Below are positions 40,813-54,052 of a stretch of DNA of 64,000 bases, one piece after another. Location: the NCBI GenBank assembly GCA_963727485.1, contig CAVSGM010000002.1, positions 1,823,779 to 1,887,778 of the forward strand. The letters are read 5' to 3'. The notes under the pieces are model-generated. The model ran no database searches. It was not told where the DNA came from and saw only the letters and a program-made list of their open reading frames with translations. This DNA comes from an uncultured delta proteobacterium. GTDB lineage: Bacteria; Myxococcota; Myxococcia; SLRQ01. Position numbers and translations under genes: made by a program. Numbering within the stretch: position 1 is the stretch's first letter; each line of letters starts with the position of its first letter.

Positions 40813-43800
40813 ATGACGGGATCGGGCGCGGTAACGAGAGGCAGGACCCTGGCAGTGCTCCTGACGTGCGGAGCAGTTCTGGCCGGTGGCTGTACCGGCA
40901 ACGATGCCGCTCCGGGGCCCGACGACGTGCGCCTGACCCCCATCTCGATCACGGGCCCCGGCGGAGGTGTGGCCAACCGCCTGGTCGATCGGGACACGAC
41001 CACTCGGGTCCCGGTCACCGGTTCGATGACCGTGACCCTGGACTTCCGTCACGCCGCCGAGCTCTCCCGGGTGAAGGTCTGGGGCAGCGGCGTCGAGGTC
41101 TCGGGGCCCTCGGTCATCTCGTTCGACGCCGACGACCAGGCTTGGACGGCCGGGAGTCTCGAGGTGCGCGCGGCGAGGAAGTCGCTGAAGGTCACCCTGA
41201 CGGCCCAGGGACCCGACGCGTGGGTCGGGGAGCTGGAGGTTTGGGGGCACGGGCGCTCGCTGGCGCCCCACGGCCTTGGCGGGCTCCTGGGCCAGACGCC
41301 TCAAGCCCTCTCGGCCACCGAGAACGTCCAGGTGGCCATGGGCGCGCCGGCGAACGTGGTCCTCTCGCCCGATGCCAAGGGGCGGTGCGCGGTCATCTCC
41401 CTGGCGTACCCGGTTCCCCTGGGGCGGCCCAGGCGGGCGTACCTCGTCTACGAGACCAACGCGCCGCGCGCTGTGGTGCTGCAGCGCAGCCTCGATGGCG
41501 CGGCACCGGTGGGCGGCCTGTGGCTGCCCCCCCAGGCCTCGCCCCACACCGTCGCCGACGAGCTGGACCCGAGCGACCTCACCGGGAGCGACGCCGTGCA
41601 GCTCTGCCTGCCGGCGAGCGCCGACCAGCCGGTCTCCATCGACCGGCCGCGGCTGGTGATGCCCCTCGACGACGGTCTCTACCCGATGGATCGGGCCTCC
41701 CGCGGCGATCCTGGCGAGCCCCACCGGGCGGGGTGGCCCGGTGCCCATCGCGGCGGGAAGCTACGCCCTCGACCTCCAGCGTCCCGTGGACGTCGAGAGC
41801 GTGGCGGTCACCGCCGACACCCCGGCGGTCCTCTCGGGGATCGGTCTGGTGGCACCGTCGGGGACCGCCGACCTTGGCGCGGTCAACCTGCCCGCTGGGC
41901 GCACCGAGGTGCACGCCAGCGCACGACGGGTCTCGGCGGTGGCCCTGAAGGTCGCGCCCGGGAGTGGGCGCGGCGGGGCGCTCGTGCTGGATGGGCTCGA
42001 GGTGCGGGGCAGCTCCGTTGGGGGCCGGGTCACGTCGCCGCGGATCGTGGTCACCTACCCGCGTCTCCACCAGGCCGGGGGCCGGCTCGTCGGCGAGCGG
42101 TTCGGAGACCAGGCGTACCTCGAGGGTTGGGCCGAGTCGCCCGCGGGGCCGGGACGCGTGAAGGTGGCTGGAGTCGACGCCACGCTGCCGGGCGGTGCCT
42201 TCGGAACGCCGCTCCAGCGGCCGGCGGACGCCACCGGCTCCTGGGCCGTGACCCTGGTAGCGACCTTCCCCGGGGGCGCCACGGCGACACGTACCATCTA
42301 CCTCGACGACGACGAGTCGGGATCCCTCGATTCGGGCACCGGGGCGGCGGGCACCAGCTCGAGCGACGACGCCAAGTACGGCAAGGAGAACCAGAGCAGC
42401 TGGGGCAAGGTGACCCCGGACAAGGGCGGCACGGTCACCCTGGGCACCGAGGTCCGCTTCGACGCGCCGGCGGGTGCGGTGAGCAAGAACGTGCTCATCG
42501 GCATCACCCACAAGGGACCAGAGGTGGTTCCGCCGCTCGACGCGGGGATGGTGAACGTCACCGCGCCCCACGCGGCCGGCTACCGGTTCCTGCCCTCGGG
42601 CCAGCAGTTCAAGAAGCAGGTGCACGTGACCCTGCCCTACGACCCGGCGCTGCTGCCCGAGGGCGTGCCGCCGTCGGACGTCCTCACCTACTTCTACGAC
42701 GAGAAGGCCGAGCGGTGGGTGCCACTGCCCCGGGACCACGTCAACGCGGCCCGCCACCGGGTGGTGAGCCTCACGACCCACTTCACGTTCATGATCAACG
42801 CGGTGCTGGTGCTGCCGGGGCACCCGACGCCCGCGTTCCTCAACCCCACATCCATCAAGAGCCTCAAGGCCGCCGACCCCAGCGCCGGGATCGATCTCAT
42901 CCAGCCGCCCGGGTTCAATAGCCAGGGGGCGGCGCGAGGTGGGCTACCCGATCCGGCTGCCGCCTGGGCGTGGGGCGTACCAGCCGTCGCTGGGGCTGAC
43001 GTACGACTCCTCGTCGGGCGACGGGTGGCTGGGGGTCGGGTGGCAGCTTCCAGTGTCCAAGATCACCATCGACACGCGCTTTGGGGTGCCTGACTACGAT
43101 GGGAACGAGCGGTACGCGCTCGATGGCGACGACCTGGTTCCGATGCCGGTGTCGACGACGGCCTCGTGTGTGGACGGTTTGCCTGGGCGGGTCTACCGGC
43201 GCCGCGTGGCCTCGGGCTTCGACCGCATCGTCCGGTGCGGCTCGGACGTCACCAGCTACCACTTCGAGGTCACCCGGACCGACGGGACCCTCCTAGTCTA
43301 CGGCACCGACGCCTCGTCCCGTCTCGCCGCCGCGCATTCGCGAAACGACCTGCTGGCGAGCTACGGCGCCACGACCTCCGCCAAGGCCGGAGCCATCGCC
43401 ACCTGGTACCTGGGCGAGGTCATCGATCCCAACGGGAACGTCACCGAGTACCAGTACGACGCCGACGACCTCACGCCGGCGGGTGGTGAGCCGTCCCGGC
43501 AGGTCTACCTGGCGCACATCGTCTACACCGGGCGTGGGGACCGTCGGGCCGGCACGGTGAGCGCCAGTGGACCCTTCACCGTCGACCTGGTGTCCAGAGA
43601 CACAGACGACGACGGCAACCCGTGGAAGGACATCAACGTCTCGGGGCGCTTGGGGTTCAAGGTCGAGACCCGAAAGCGGCTGGTGGAGATCGACGTCAGG
43701 CGGGGCTCGCACGTCATCCGGTCGTACAGCCTCAAGTACGAATACGGCGACTTTGACCGGTCTCTCCTGACGCACATCACCGCCTATGGCGAGGGGGGCA

Positions 43801-46800
43801 CGACGGGTGGACACGTGTTCTACGCGCACTCGTTCTCCTATACGCAAAAGGATCATGAACCCGGTGGCAACACCGTCCACGCCTTCAAGGGACCCACAGC
43901 CTGGCCGACTCAACTGGGACGGACGGATCCCAATGACCACGCCGGCATCAGCTCCAGCCTGGAGACGTCGGACACCGCGCATGTCTATACCGGGATCGGC
44001 GTCACCTGGGACAAGGGGCTTGGGTCCGTCGGTCTCCGCGTCGGCCAAGCCCGGGGTACAAGCACCACACGGGCCTCCCTGGTCGACCTGAACGGGGACG
44101 GCCTTCCGGACCGCCTCACCTGGCCCGGTGCGGCTCCGAACGGAGGCGGTGCGGGCGCCCCTCAGATCTACTTCAACGAAGACCACAGGGGTCTTCAGCC
44201 TTCGCGGGCTGTGAGGGCCGTCCTGGCCTCAGCTGGCATCCAGCTACCGTCCAAGAAGCAGTCGCTGGGAGTGGCGGCATTCTCGGCGACCCCGCCGGCC
44301 TGGGACCCTGCGGTCAATGCCAGCTCGGTCACCGTGAATGGCCTGACATCCCTCGGTTCCAGCGAGTCTACGACCTTGGACGGAGAGGTCGAGCTCGAGG
44401 CAGGGATTGGCGTCGTCGGCGTCTCCGGGAGCTACGGAATCTCCTCGACGACCTCGACGTCGCGAGACTACCTGACGGACGCGAACGGGGACGGGCTCGT
44501 AGACCTGGTGTCCGGAGGCATCGTGGACTTCAACCAGGATCGCTCGTCGATGAGCCCCAACTTCACCTTCGCACCCTACTTGACGATGAAGGGCCACGGG
44601 GTGGGCGGGCCCGGCACCGACACGGCGGCAACGGATGCCAAGAAGAACGCCGCGGCTAAGGGCATCCCGGCGGACGTGTTCACCGAGTGGACTGCGCCCT
44701 GGCCCGGCACCGTCCACGTGTCCGGTCCCCTGAAGTTCAAGAAGCCGTCTACCGCAGACTGTGGCAGCAACGGGGCCACCGACGGTGTCCGGCTCCAGGT
44801 GTTCCACTACACCCCCGGCAACGCGGCCACCCGCCTCGTGGAGGTGGACAAGCCCTACTGCAAGGACCAGGGGAACCCGAGCCCGGTCGGCGTCGGTGAC
44901 GTCAGTGTGAAGCCTGGCGACCGGCTCTACTTTGTGCTCTCCACTCTCAAGGACGTGCCCGTCGGCGCCAACGGGAGCCAGGGCCTCCTGCCCCTCGAGG
45001 AATTGAGCTACGACCCGACCATCACCTACACCGGGTCAATCGTCGGAGAGGACGCACGCCAGCCGGACGGGGCGGATATCTACAGCTTCCACCCGGCAGC
45101 CGACCTTCGTCTGGCGGGCGGACCGGTCTTCGCGGTCACCGTCGCCCACACCGGGACCGTCGCCCTCGACACCGCCCTGGACAAGAAGACGACGGCCGAC
45201 GATCTCCGGGCGTGCATCGAAATCTTCGATCCGACCACGAAGAAGCAGCCCCACCTCGATCGCCCTTGTCGGCCTACCGACCCGCACCTCGATCTGAGGG
45301 CCGACGAGAGCTTCTGGAACGCGCCCGTGCTCCTGCAGAAGGAGCTCAATCTCAAGGCGGGGACGCAGCTGGTCTTCCGTATCGAGTCGGATCTGCCCTT
45401 CGATCCCAAGCGGGTGCGGTGGCGGATCCACGGGCGGCTAAAGACGCTCTGCGACAGCCCGGGGAGCTGCAACAAGGCAGATCCGTCGCTCGAGAATCTG
45501 AAGTTCGAGGCGGTGCCCTACATCCCGCTCCACGACCGGCTCCTCCAGTTCCACCGGCCAATCAACCCCGGCATCGAGGCGCCGCCTCCGAAGCCCCTCA
45601 TCATGGGCGCGAACGGCACTCTGACCATCGTGTCCCATCTCGATGGAACGCAGCTCACGCCTGCCATCGGGTCCTTCGTCTACGCCGCCGTACAGGCACC
45701 TGGACACCTCCTCTACAAGCGCCTTCTCCTGCCCGGCGGGAGAGGAACCGAGACCACGCACGTGACGGTCACGAAGGATGAGCCGGTCTACTTCGAACTT
45801 CACGGATCGCGGTCTTTTGACTACTCCGGGTCCGGCCCGTGGAGGGTCGACGCCTACCTGACCACGATCGACGCCAAGGGCAAGAAGAAGACGGTCCAGC
45901 TCGATCCCATAGTGGCCGCCACAGCTGACGCGCCAGGCTTCGTGCCGCCGTACTACCGGGCGGAGCCGGCGTGGAAGCCACACCCGGAGGTCTCCGGCGG
46001 TTTCCACCACCTGGCGTACGGGATCTGGCGGGCGCCGAACGACGAGCCCTTCGATCCGAGGCTCCTCGAGCCGCCGCAGACCGACGACTGGCCCAGCGGC
46101 GACCCGGCGGCTCTGCTGAAGCGGAAGGACGAGCTCGAGAAGACGGATACGCAGCGCGCCAAGCAGGCCCGGTACCTGGCGCCGCTGGTCGCCGCTCCAG
46201 CGGGGTGCCGGTGCTGGGAATCGGGCGGCAGGTGCTCTACCCGACCGACACGTCGGCGTACGTGAGCCCAGACGGATTTGCCTTCGTCACGGCGGGTTTG
46301 ATGAGCGCGGCCCGAGGTGGCGTGTATCGGCACAGTGGTGGAGGGGACATCGAGGCGCAGCCAGCGTTCTTCGACATCGGAACCCTCGACGACAGCAGCC
46401 TGGCGGATTCCACCTCGGCCGGGCTGTCGGTCGACGTCAAGTTTCCTCCACTCAAGGTGAGCCTGAGCCTGGGGCTGTCCTACACGCACACGGAGGTGCT
46501 GAACCAGACCCGGGACCTGAACGGCGACGGCTACCTGGACGCGATCTCCCCACTGGACAACGGGCGCCAGTGCGAGCTGACGAACCCCGCGGATTCTCAA
46601 GGGCGGTGCCGGGTTCCCCTGCCCCATCCCGGAGGTGACCGAGAACATCTCGGGTCGGCTCGGCATTGGGACGGGGATGCCCATCCAGGCGATGTCGGCC
46701 CACTCGTCGGAGGTGTCGGCCCAGTCCGGCACATCCGTGAGCATCGGTGGCGGAGTGGGGGTGAACCTGGCGGCGGCCACTCAGCGGCTCGTGGACATCA

Positions 46801-49800
46801 ACGGCGACGGGATACCTGACAAGGTCGAGACGGTGCTTGCCAAGGATGGCCCCTACTTCAAGGTTCACCTCGGGCTGGGACACGGATTCGCAGCCGGCGA
46901 GGACGACATCCCCATTCGGGACTGGGGTGTCGGGGACCCAACGGCTCTCGGATCCCTGGGTAGCGAGATCAACAGTGCCACTCCGGTGAACAAGGACGCT
47001 GATCAGGCGGGCGTCATCGCCTCGCTCACTTCGAATGTCGCCCACATCCTCAGCCGAGATGTCGTGCGCCGGCGGTTCGGGATGTCGCTGCAGATCAACG
47101 CCGGTGTCTCGGTGGGCGACTCATTCTCTGCAGACGCGGTCTGGTCGACCACCGGGTCGGTCACCGAGGTCGACCTGGTGGACGTGACGGGCGATGGGTT
47201 GCCCGACTACCTCTGGCGGTTCCCCGGGAAGCCGCTCTACGTCCAGGTGAACGAGGGCTATGGCTTCTCGAAGCCGCAGGTTTGGGCGGTACCTGGGAGC
47301 GGAACGGGCCTGGCGCTGCCCGGCCCGTTCGCCGCCCTCGCACAGCTGCCCGCAGAGAAACTCGTCAGCGGGATCTTCGGCCCCAACGAGACGCTCGACG
47401 CTCTCGAGGCGACGGGTTCGGTCAGCAAGGAGCCGCAGGTCGGGTTCTCCACCACGCTCGCAATTCCGATCGGTCCGGGAACGCCGTGGGTCTACATCGG
47501 CTTTGGTGAGACGCAGGAGGCGGATGAGAATCAGCAGCAGTCAGGTCTCCTTCATGGACGTGAACGGAGACGGGTTCGCGGACCAGGTCATCAAGGAGCA
47601 GGGCCTTGCCGACGGCAGCGACACCAAGATGTACGTCCGCGAGTCTCAGCTCGCAGGCGGAAATCTCCTGTCGGAGATCAAGCGCCCCCTAGGCGGCCGG
47701 ATCGAACTAGCTACAAGCCCGCCGGCAACACCGTGGACATGCCCCGAGCCCGCTGGGTGCTCACTTCGGTCAAGGTGAACGATGGCCACGGCACTGGGAC
47801 GGGGCACGTGCTCACCTCGGCGGCGTACTACCGGGGCGGACGATACCTGAGGCGGGAGAAGCAGTTTGCCGGGTTTTCGCTTGTGGCCGTGGAGCGTCCG
47901 GACCACGCAGTGGACATCCGGCACTACCACAACGAGTCGGTGCGGAAGATGGGGCTCCTCCAGTCCGAGGAGCTGAGGGACCCCAACGGTCGGCTGTTCA
48001 CGCGGTCCACCAACCAGTACCGACGGACCGCCTTCGAGGGCGATGCGCCCGATTGCGTCGGGTCGGTCCCGATCAACCTCCGCGACGCCCGGGGGCCGAC
48101 GAAGCAGGACTTCTGCGAGTCGTATGCGGAGCTGCTCAACCGGACCACCACCACCGAGTACGAAGGCAGCACCAAGGACGCAGCCGACCTCTCCCACGCC
48201 ATCACCACCGAGCAGGACTTCAAGTACGACGCTTACGGGAACGTCACGTCGTTCTGGGACAAGGGGGATGTCGACGACAGCAACGACGACATCTACGCCA
48301 CGGTGGACTACTACACGGACGACGCGGCAGCCACCGGGCTCTACAGCGTGGCGCGACCCCAGCACCTCCATGTCTACGAGGGCCAGGACACGAGCGGCAC
48401 CCTGGTGCGTGAGCGAGGGGCCCGCTACGACGACGTCGGCAACCTGAGCGAGCTGGCATCGCGCATCGACGCGTCGACGTGGGCAATCACGAACCTCACC
48501 TGGTACCCGAACGGCAACCTGGAGTCCGTGACAGGCCCCAAGAACGCCAAGGGCCAGCGATACAACGTGGCCTATCGGTACGACGGGACGGTCCACACCT
48601 ACCCGGTGAGGATCCGGGACAGCTTCGGCCTCACCTCGCAGGCGACCTACGACGTTGACCTGGGCAAGGTCCTCACCATGACCGACGCCACGGGCAGCGA
48701 GATGAAGCGGACGTATGACCCCTTCGGGCGCCTCAAGACGGTGGCTGGGCCCTACGCGTTGGCGGCCAAGGACGTGTCGGAGCGGATCTCGTACCGGCTC
48801 GGGAAGGGGCTGTCCGCGGCGATCACGAAGAACGTGCCCCACGTGAGCCCGGGCAGCGGTGGGACTGCGTCCAAGCTTGCCCCGCTGGTGACCTCCATCT
48901 TCGTGGACGGGCTCGACCGGGTGGTGCAGACGCAGAAGACGGCGGACGTTGGCGGCACCGTCGGCCGCTCGGTGTCGGGCGAGGTCGTCTTCGACGTGAT
49001 GGGCCGGGTGGCCAAGCAGGGCCAGTCCTTCTTCGACGAAACGGTAGGTAGCTACCCCTTCGTGTCGCCCAGGCTCATCCACCCCACCTCCTTCACCTAC
49101 GACGTCCTCGGGCGGCAGACGAGGGTGGTGGCGCCCTTCGAGCCGGGCGAATCGGCGGTCACGACGACGGCCTACAGCATCGACGCGCACGGTTCGGGCA
49201 CGCCGGGCCGCCACGTGGTCAGTGTGACCGACGCCGACGGGAACAAGCAGGTGAGTCGCCAGCGCGCCCGCGGCGAGACTGTGGCGGTGACGGAGCATCA
49301 GGGCACCGGTGGGAAGAGCCCGGTGGCCACTACCCGCTACACCTTCGACGCACTGGGTCAGCTCCACCACATCATCGACAACGCGGGCCACGTGACGTCG
49401 ATGACCTACGACGACCTGGGCCGGCGGACGTCCCTGGACAACCCGGATGCGGGCCTGACGACGTACCGCTACGACCCGAGCGGGAACCTGGTCTCCAAGG
49501 TGACGCCGAACCTGAGCGCCAAGAGTGAGGCCATCGACTACAGCTACGACTTCAACCGGCTCACGGACATCGACTACCCGGAGACGGGCAAGGTCCGCTA
49601 CGCGTACGGCTCCCCCGGCGCTCCCCACCATGCGGCGGGTCGGGTGACCAAGATCAAGGACGACGCGGGGACCGCGACCATGGCCTACGGGGCCCTCGGC
49701 GAGGTCGTGGACAAGGTGCGGACACTGCCACCCCTGCGCCCCGGCCAGGGGGCCGAGCGGTTCGAGCTGAAGTACCGCTACGACAGCCTGGGGCGGATGC

Positions 49801-52053
49801 AGACGATCACCTACCCGGACGGCGAGGTGGTCAGCTACGCCTACGACGCCGGCGGGCAGGTCAACCAGGTCACGGGCACCGTGCGGGCGGACCACTGGAA
49901 CCCCACCGGCCAGGTGACCTACGTCCAGAGCCTGACCTACACGGTCTTCGGGGCGCGCAGGCACCTGGAGCTCGGCAACGGCGATACCTCGGACTACGGC
50001 TACGACGCGCTGACCCGGCGGCTGACGAGCCTGGAGACCCGGGCGCACACAGGACGGGAGCTGCAGAAGCTCACCTACGACTACGACCGGGTGGGCGACA
50101 TCCTCGGGGAGTCGAACGGGATCGGGCCGGCGACGGCGGAGCACAGCGGGCCCACGGAGTACCACTTCCAGTACGACGGGGCCTACCGGCTCACCCACGC
50201 CACGGGGACCTCCCAGGCGCGGATTGGGGTCACCGACAAGTACGACGCGACGTACAGCTACTCGCCGATCCACAACATGGGCGAGAACAAGGTGGTCCGG
50301 TCGATCACCTCGACGCTCGGGGGGACGCCGGTCACCGACTACCCGAAGCAGACGAACCACGACTGGAAGTACACCTACGACCCGACCCACCCGCACCAGG
50401 CGACGCGGATCGGCGACAAGCTGTTCCAGTACGACCCCGACGGGAACCTGACGACGGCGTGCCGGGCGGACGCGAAGCACCCGGATAGCTGCCAGGGGAA
50501 CTCGGACCACCTGCGGCGCCTCTACTGGGACGACGCGGACCGGCTGAGCGCGGTGGTGGACACCCAGGGCCGCCGGGTGACGCGGTTCGTGTACGACGCG
50601 GGCGGGAACCGGGTGATCAAGGAGGGTCACCTGGGCACCAGCATCACCGTGGGCCCGTACTTCAACCTGCGGCGGAACCGGCTGGCGAGCGTGCACGTGA
50701 TGGTGGGCGCGACGCGGATCGCGACGCACCTCGAGGGGGTGCATGGATGGGGCGCGCAGGGCCCGACCGCGCACCCGGGGTCAGGCGGGGGCGTGCCGGG
50801 GCAGGGCACCGGTCCCCAGAACACCAACGGCTGCGACCCGAGCAACTACCAGCCGCAGAAGTGCCCCATCGACGCGAGCGGGAGCCCGATCGCGGTGAGC
50901 GGGGGCGACGAGGTGGGCCGGCCGCACACGTACTTCTACCACCCGGACCACCTGGGCTCGACGAGCTGGGTGACGGACGAGGCGGGGCGGGTGCGGGAGC
51001 ACGTGCTGTACTTCCCGTACGGGTCGGTGTGGCGGGACGCGAAGAACGACGCGGAGGGGGCGCCGCCGAGGACGCAGGCGTTCCTGTTCACGGGGAAGGA
51101 GTACGACCAGGAGACGGGGTACTACTACTTCGGGGCGAGGTACTACGACCCGCAGGTGGCGCGGTGGCTTTCCGTGGACCCGTTGCCCGTCGGGAAGGGG
51201 ACCGACGCGCTCCATCTGGCCCTCTATGTCTACTCCGGCTGGTCTCCGGTGACGCTGGTGGATCCCGACGGCCGGAACTGGTTGACGGACCTGATCCTGG
51301 GCCGAAAGCCCATCCAAGAGGGAGCAGCCTATCAGCAGTTCGAGGCTGCCTGGCAGTCCGCGTCAAATCCTTCGAACACGTGGGCGGGGCGCATCGGTGA
51401 TGGAGTACTTGGCACCCTTGCTGGGCTTGTCGCTCTTCCCGAACACTACGCTGCGCTGCCGCTTGCCAACGTGGTGTACACCATCAGGCACCGGGGAGCG
51501 AGCACGCTGACTCACGCTGGACTCGCATACCACGCGGCGATGGCGGGGCAATGGGGCGACTTCACCCTCCAGTGCCTGTACGTGGTACGGGATGGCGCAG
51601 CGACGCTGGATGCTGTGCTCTCGCTGGCCGTCATGGCAGACCCCGACCTTGCGCACCTTGAGCTGCGGATGCCGAAGCTCGGGTCGTCGCTGAGTGACGA
51701 AATCGACGCGGCGTTCGCGCAGGGCCGAGTGAAGTCCGGCACGATGGTTCGCTTCACAGACAGCGGTGGGGCACTGGACGGAAGTGGGCCAAGAGAAGGC
51801 CAAGGGTCGATTCTGGTACCATGACAACCTCAAGATTCCCGGCGCAGGGCCAAATGGGGAGATGGTCGACCTTCGAACCCATTCGCCGAACCCAACTGCG
51901 CCGGACGGAACGTACTCGCAAGGCAACTACACCACACAGATCAACACTAGAGGCACGCCGAAGCTATACAGGCTCCCGGATGGACAGTGGAAGGACCTGA
52001 ACGACATGTCCGCGGCCGAGCGTTCTGCAGCACACTATCCGGCAGGGAATTGA
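40813..52053 (+). CDS. giant Rhs/YD-repeat polymorphic toxin: signal peptide, ZU5-like domain, SpvB/TcdB-like domain, FG-GAP repeats, YD repeats, Rhs core, Ntox30-like tip (about 7 frame breaks)
   Basis: Joined ORFs 40750, 41741, 42939, 45971, 46635, 47260, 51766. Motifs: YPIRLPPGRG..QPSLGLTYDS..GDGWLGVGW; DLNGDGLPD-type repeats; YD.LGR; YHPDHLGS; FTGKEYDQETGYYYFGARYYDP; SPVTLVDPDGR; tip LRTHSPNP...AAHYP. Confidence 0.85.
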
Positions 52054-52054
52054 C

Positions 52055-52360
52055 ATGGAGCGCTTCTCCAAGAGGCATTTCCTTGAGGCGGATGAAGACC
52101 AACGGAAGGAGCTGTGTGAGGAGCTCTCCGACATGCTCTCGCTCCGACTCCGGTCGGCGCCCAGCTTCCATGCGGGCGTCCTGGATTGCATCGGTCAGCT
52201 ACGGTCCGAGGGACATGATCTCTGGAGTTTCGACGAGGGCGACGATTTCGAGCTGTGGTGTCCAGACTACAGCCAACCCAGTGGGCCCGGCTTGGTACTC
52301 ACCTTCGATATGCCGGCAAAGGTGACTGTCCAGTGGTCGTCCGCCGAAGCCGGCGTCTAG
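52055..52360 (+). CDS. putative cognate immunity protein of the main Rhs toxin
   Basis: Small acidic ORF starting 1 bp after the toxin stop; assignment is positional. Confidence 0.65.
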   Translation: MERFSKRHFLEADEDQRKELCEELSDMLSLRLRSAPSFHAGVLDCIGQLRSEGHDLWSFDEGDDFELWCPDYSQPSGPGLVLTFDMPAKVTVQWSSAEAGV

Positions 52361-52386
52361 CGTACGGCAAGCACGCAGCCACGGAC

Positions 52387-53659
52387 TGGGCCTGCCCCGG
52401 TTTGGTGGACACCCGAGAGCAGGCGATGATGACCTGAGGGAGTCCACATGCCGAGACGGAAGCGAAGGTACTTCACCCCTGAGTTCAAGGCCGAGACGGT
52501 TCGGTTGATCCGCGAGTCGGGCAAGTCCGTGAACCAGGTCTTCCGAGAGCTCGACCTCAACGAGACCGCCGTCCGCGAGTGGGTCAAGCGGGCCGAGATC
52601 GACGAAGGCCGGGGGCCTCCAGGCGCCCTGACCACCACCGAGCGCGAGGAGCTGCAGCGCCTGCGCCGCGAGAACCGCGAGCTGCGGATGGAGCGCGAGA
52701 TCCAAAAAAAGGCGACGGCCTTCTTCGCCAAGGAAAGCAAGTGAGGTACCGCTTCGTCCACGCGAAGAAGGCCCTGTACCCCCTCACCGTGCTCTGCCGG
52801 GTCCTGAAGGTCTCGCGCAGCGGCTACTACGCCTGGTCCCGTCGCCCCGTCTCGAAGCGAGAGCTGGACGACGAGGTCCTTGGGGTCGAGGTCGCGGCCA
52901 TCCACGAAGAGAGCCGAAGGACCTACGGCAGCCCCCGCGTGCACGCCGAGCTGCGAGCGCGGGGCAAGCCGGTGAGCCGCAAGCGCGTGGCCCGGCTGAT
53001 GCGGAAGCGAGGCCTTGAGGCCCGTCCGAAGCGGCGTTTCCGGCGGACCACCGACTCGGACCATGCTCAACCGATCGCCCCCAACCTCCTCGACCGGAAC
53101 TTCATCGCAGTGGCGCCGAACCAGAAGTGGGTCACCGACATCACCTACATCCGCACCTGGGAGGGCTGGCTCTACCTGGCGACGGTGCTCGACCTCTTCT
53201 CGCGCCGGATCGTGGGTTGGGCCATCGCGGACCACCTGCGCACCGAGCTCGTCCTCGACAGCCTCAAGATGGCGCTGGGGCGCCGGCTCCCGGAAGACGG
53301 GCTGGTGCACCACTCCGACCGCGGGAGCCAGTACGCCAGCGGCGACTACACCGAGGCGCTCAAGGCCGCCGGGATCGTCTGCAGCATGAGTCGCAAGGGC
53401 AACTGCTGGGACAACGCCGTCGCCGAGAGCTTCTTCTCGACCCTCAAGCTCGAGCTGCTCTACCGGCAGCCGTGGCCGACCCAGGCGAGGGCCAAGGCGG
53501 CGGTCGTCGAGTGGATCGAGGTCTTCTACAACACCAAGCGCCGGCACTCGCATCTGGGCTACAGGACGCCGGCGGAGCATGAGAAGCTGTTTCACACCAA
53601 CCCGGAGAAGCTGCTGCTAGCAGCGTAACGAAACTGTCCACGAAACCGGGTCAAGCCCA
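52387..53659 (+). mobile_element. IS3-family insertion sequence
   Basis: 25-bp IRs TGGGCCTGCCCCGGTTTGGTGGACA (52387-52411) and TGTCCACGAAACCGGGTCAAGCCCA (53635-53659), 22/25 match; 5'-TG...CA-3' ends; no clear target duplication. Confidence 0.93.
52448..53628 (+). CDS. IS3 transposase OrfA (52448-52744) and OrfB (DDE), joined by -1 frameshift
   Basis: FTPEFKAETV HTH; WVTDITY, HSDRGSQY, DNAVAESFF; A7G slippery site at 52704-52711. Confidence 0.92.
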
Positions 53660-53787
53660 CACCTCACCTCTACGCGGCGAAGCACGCCGGTCGCAATCGT
53701 GTGGTCGCGGGAACGCCCTTGGACTCCGCGGATTTGCTGATAGCGTCTCTCCAGGTGTAACGTAGGGAAAGATGCCTGGGTGTCGCG

Positions 53788-53970
53788 TGTTGGCACCGCT
53801 AGGATTCTGATCCATCCACCGCTCAGAAACTTAGCCACTCCCAGCCCCCCGCGTCCGGTAAGCCTGTGTTTGTCGAAGACCCAGGCCTCGGAGGAGAGGA
53901 TGCTGGAGGTGGCAGAGGTGCCACGTAGTCCGACACAAGGTTCTTGTCGAGGGGCGCAGCCAGCGGCAGG
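53788..53970 (+). mobile_element. degenerate left-end fragment of an IS21 element
   Basis: Highly similar to the reverse complement of about 59899-60080 (IR plus first istA codons MLEVAEV). Confidence 0.88.
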
Positions 53971-54052
53971 AAGTGAAGCGGGCGGGCACACCGGAATAGA
54001 ATCGGGGACCGGAGATGGCTAACTTAGACTCTCATCTCAGAAGGAGCATGCA

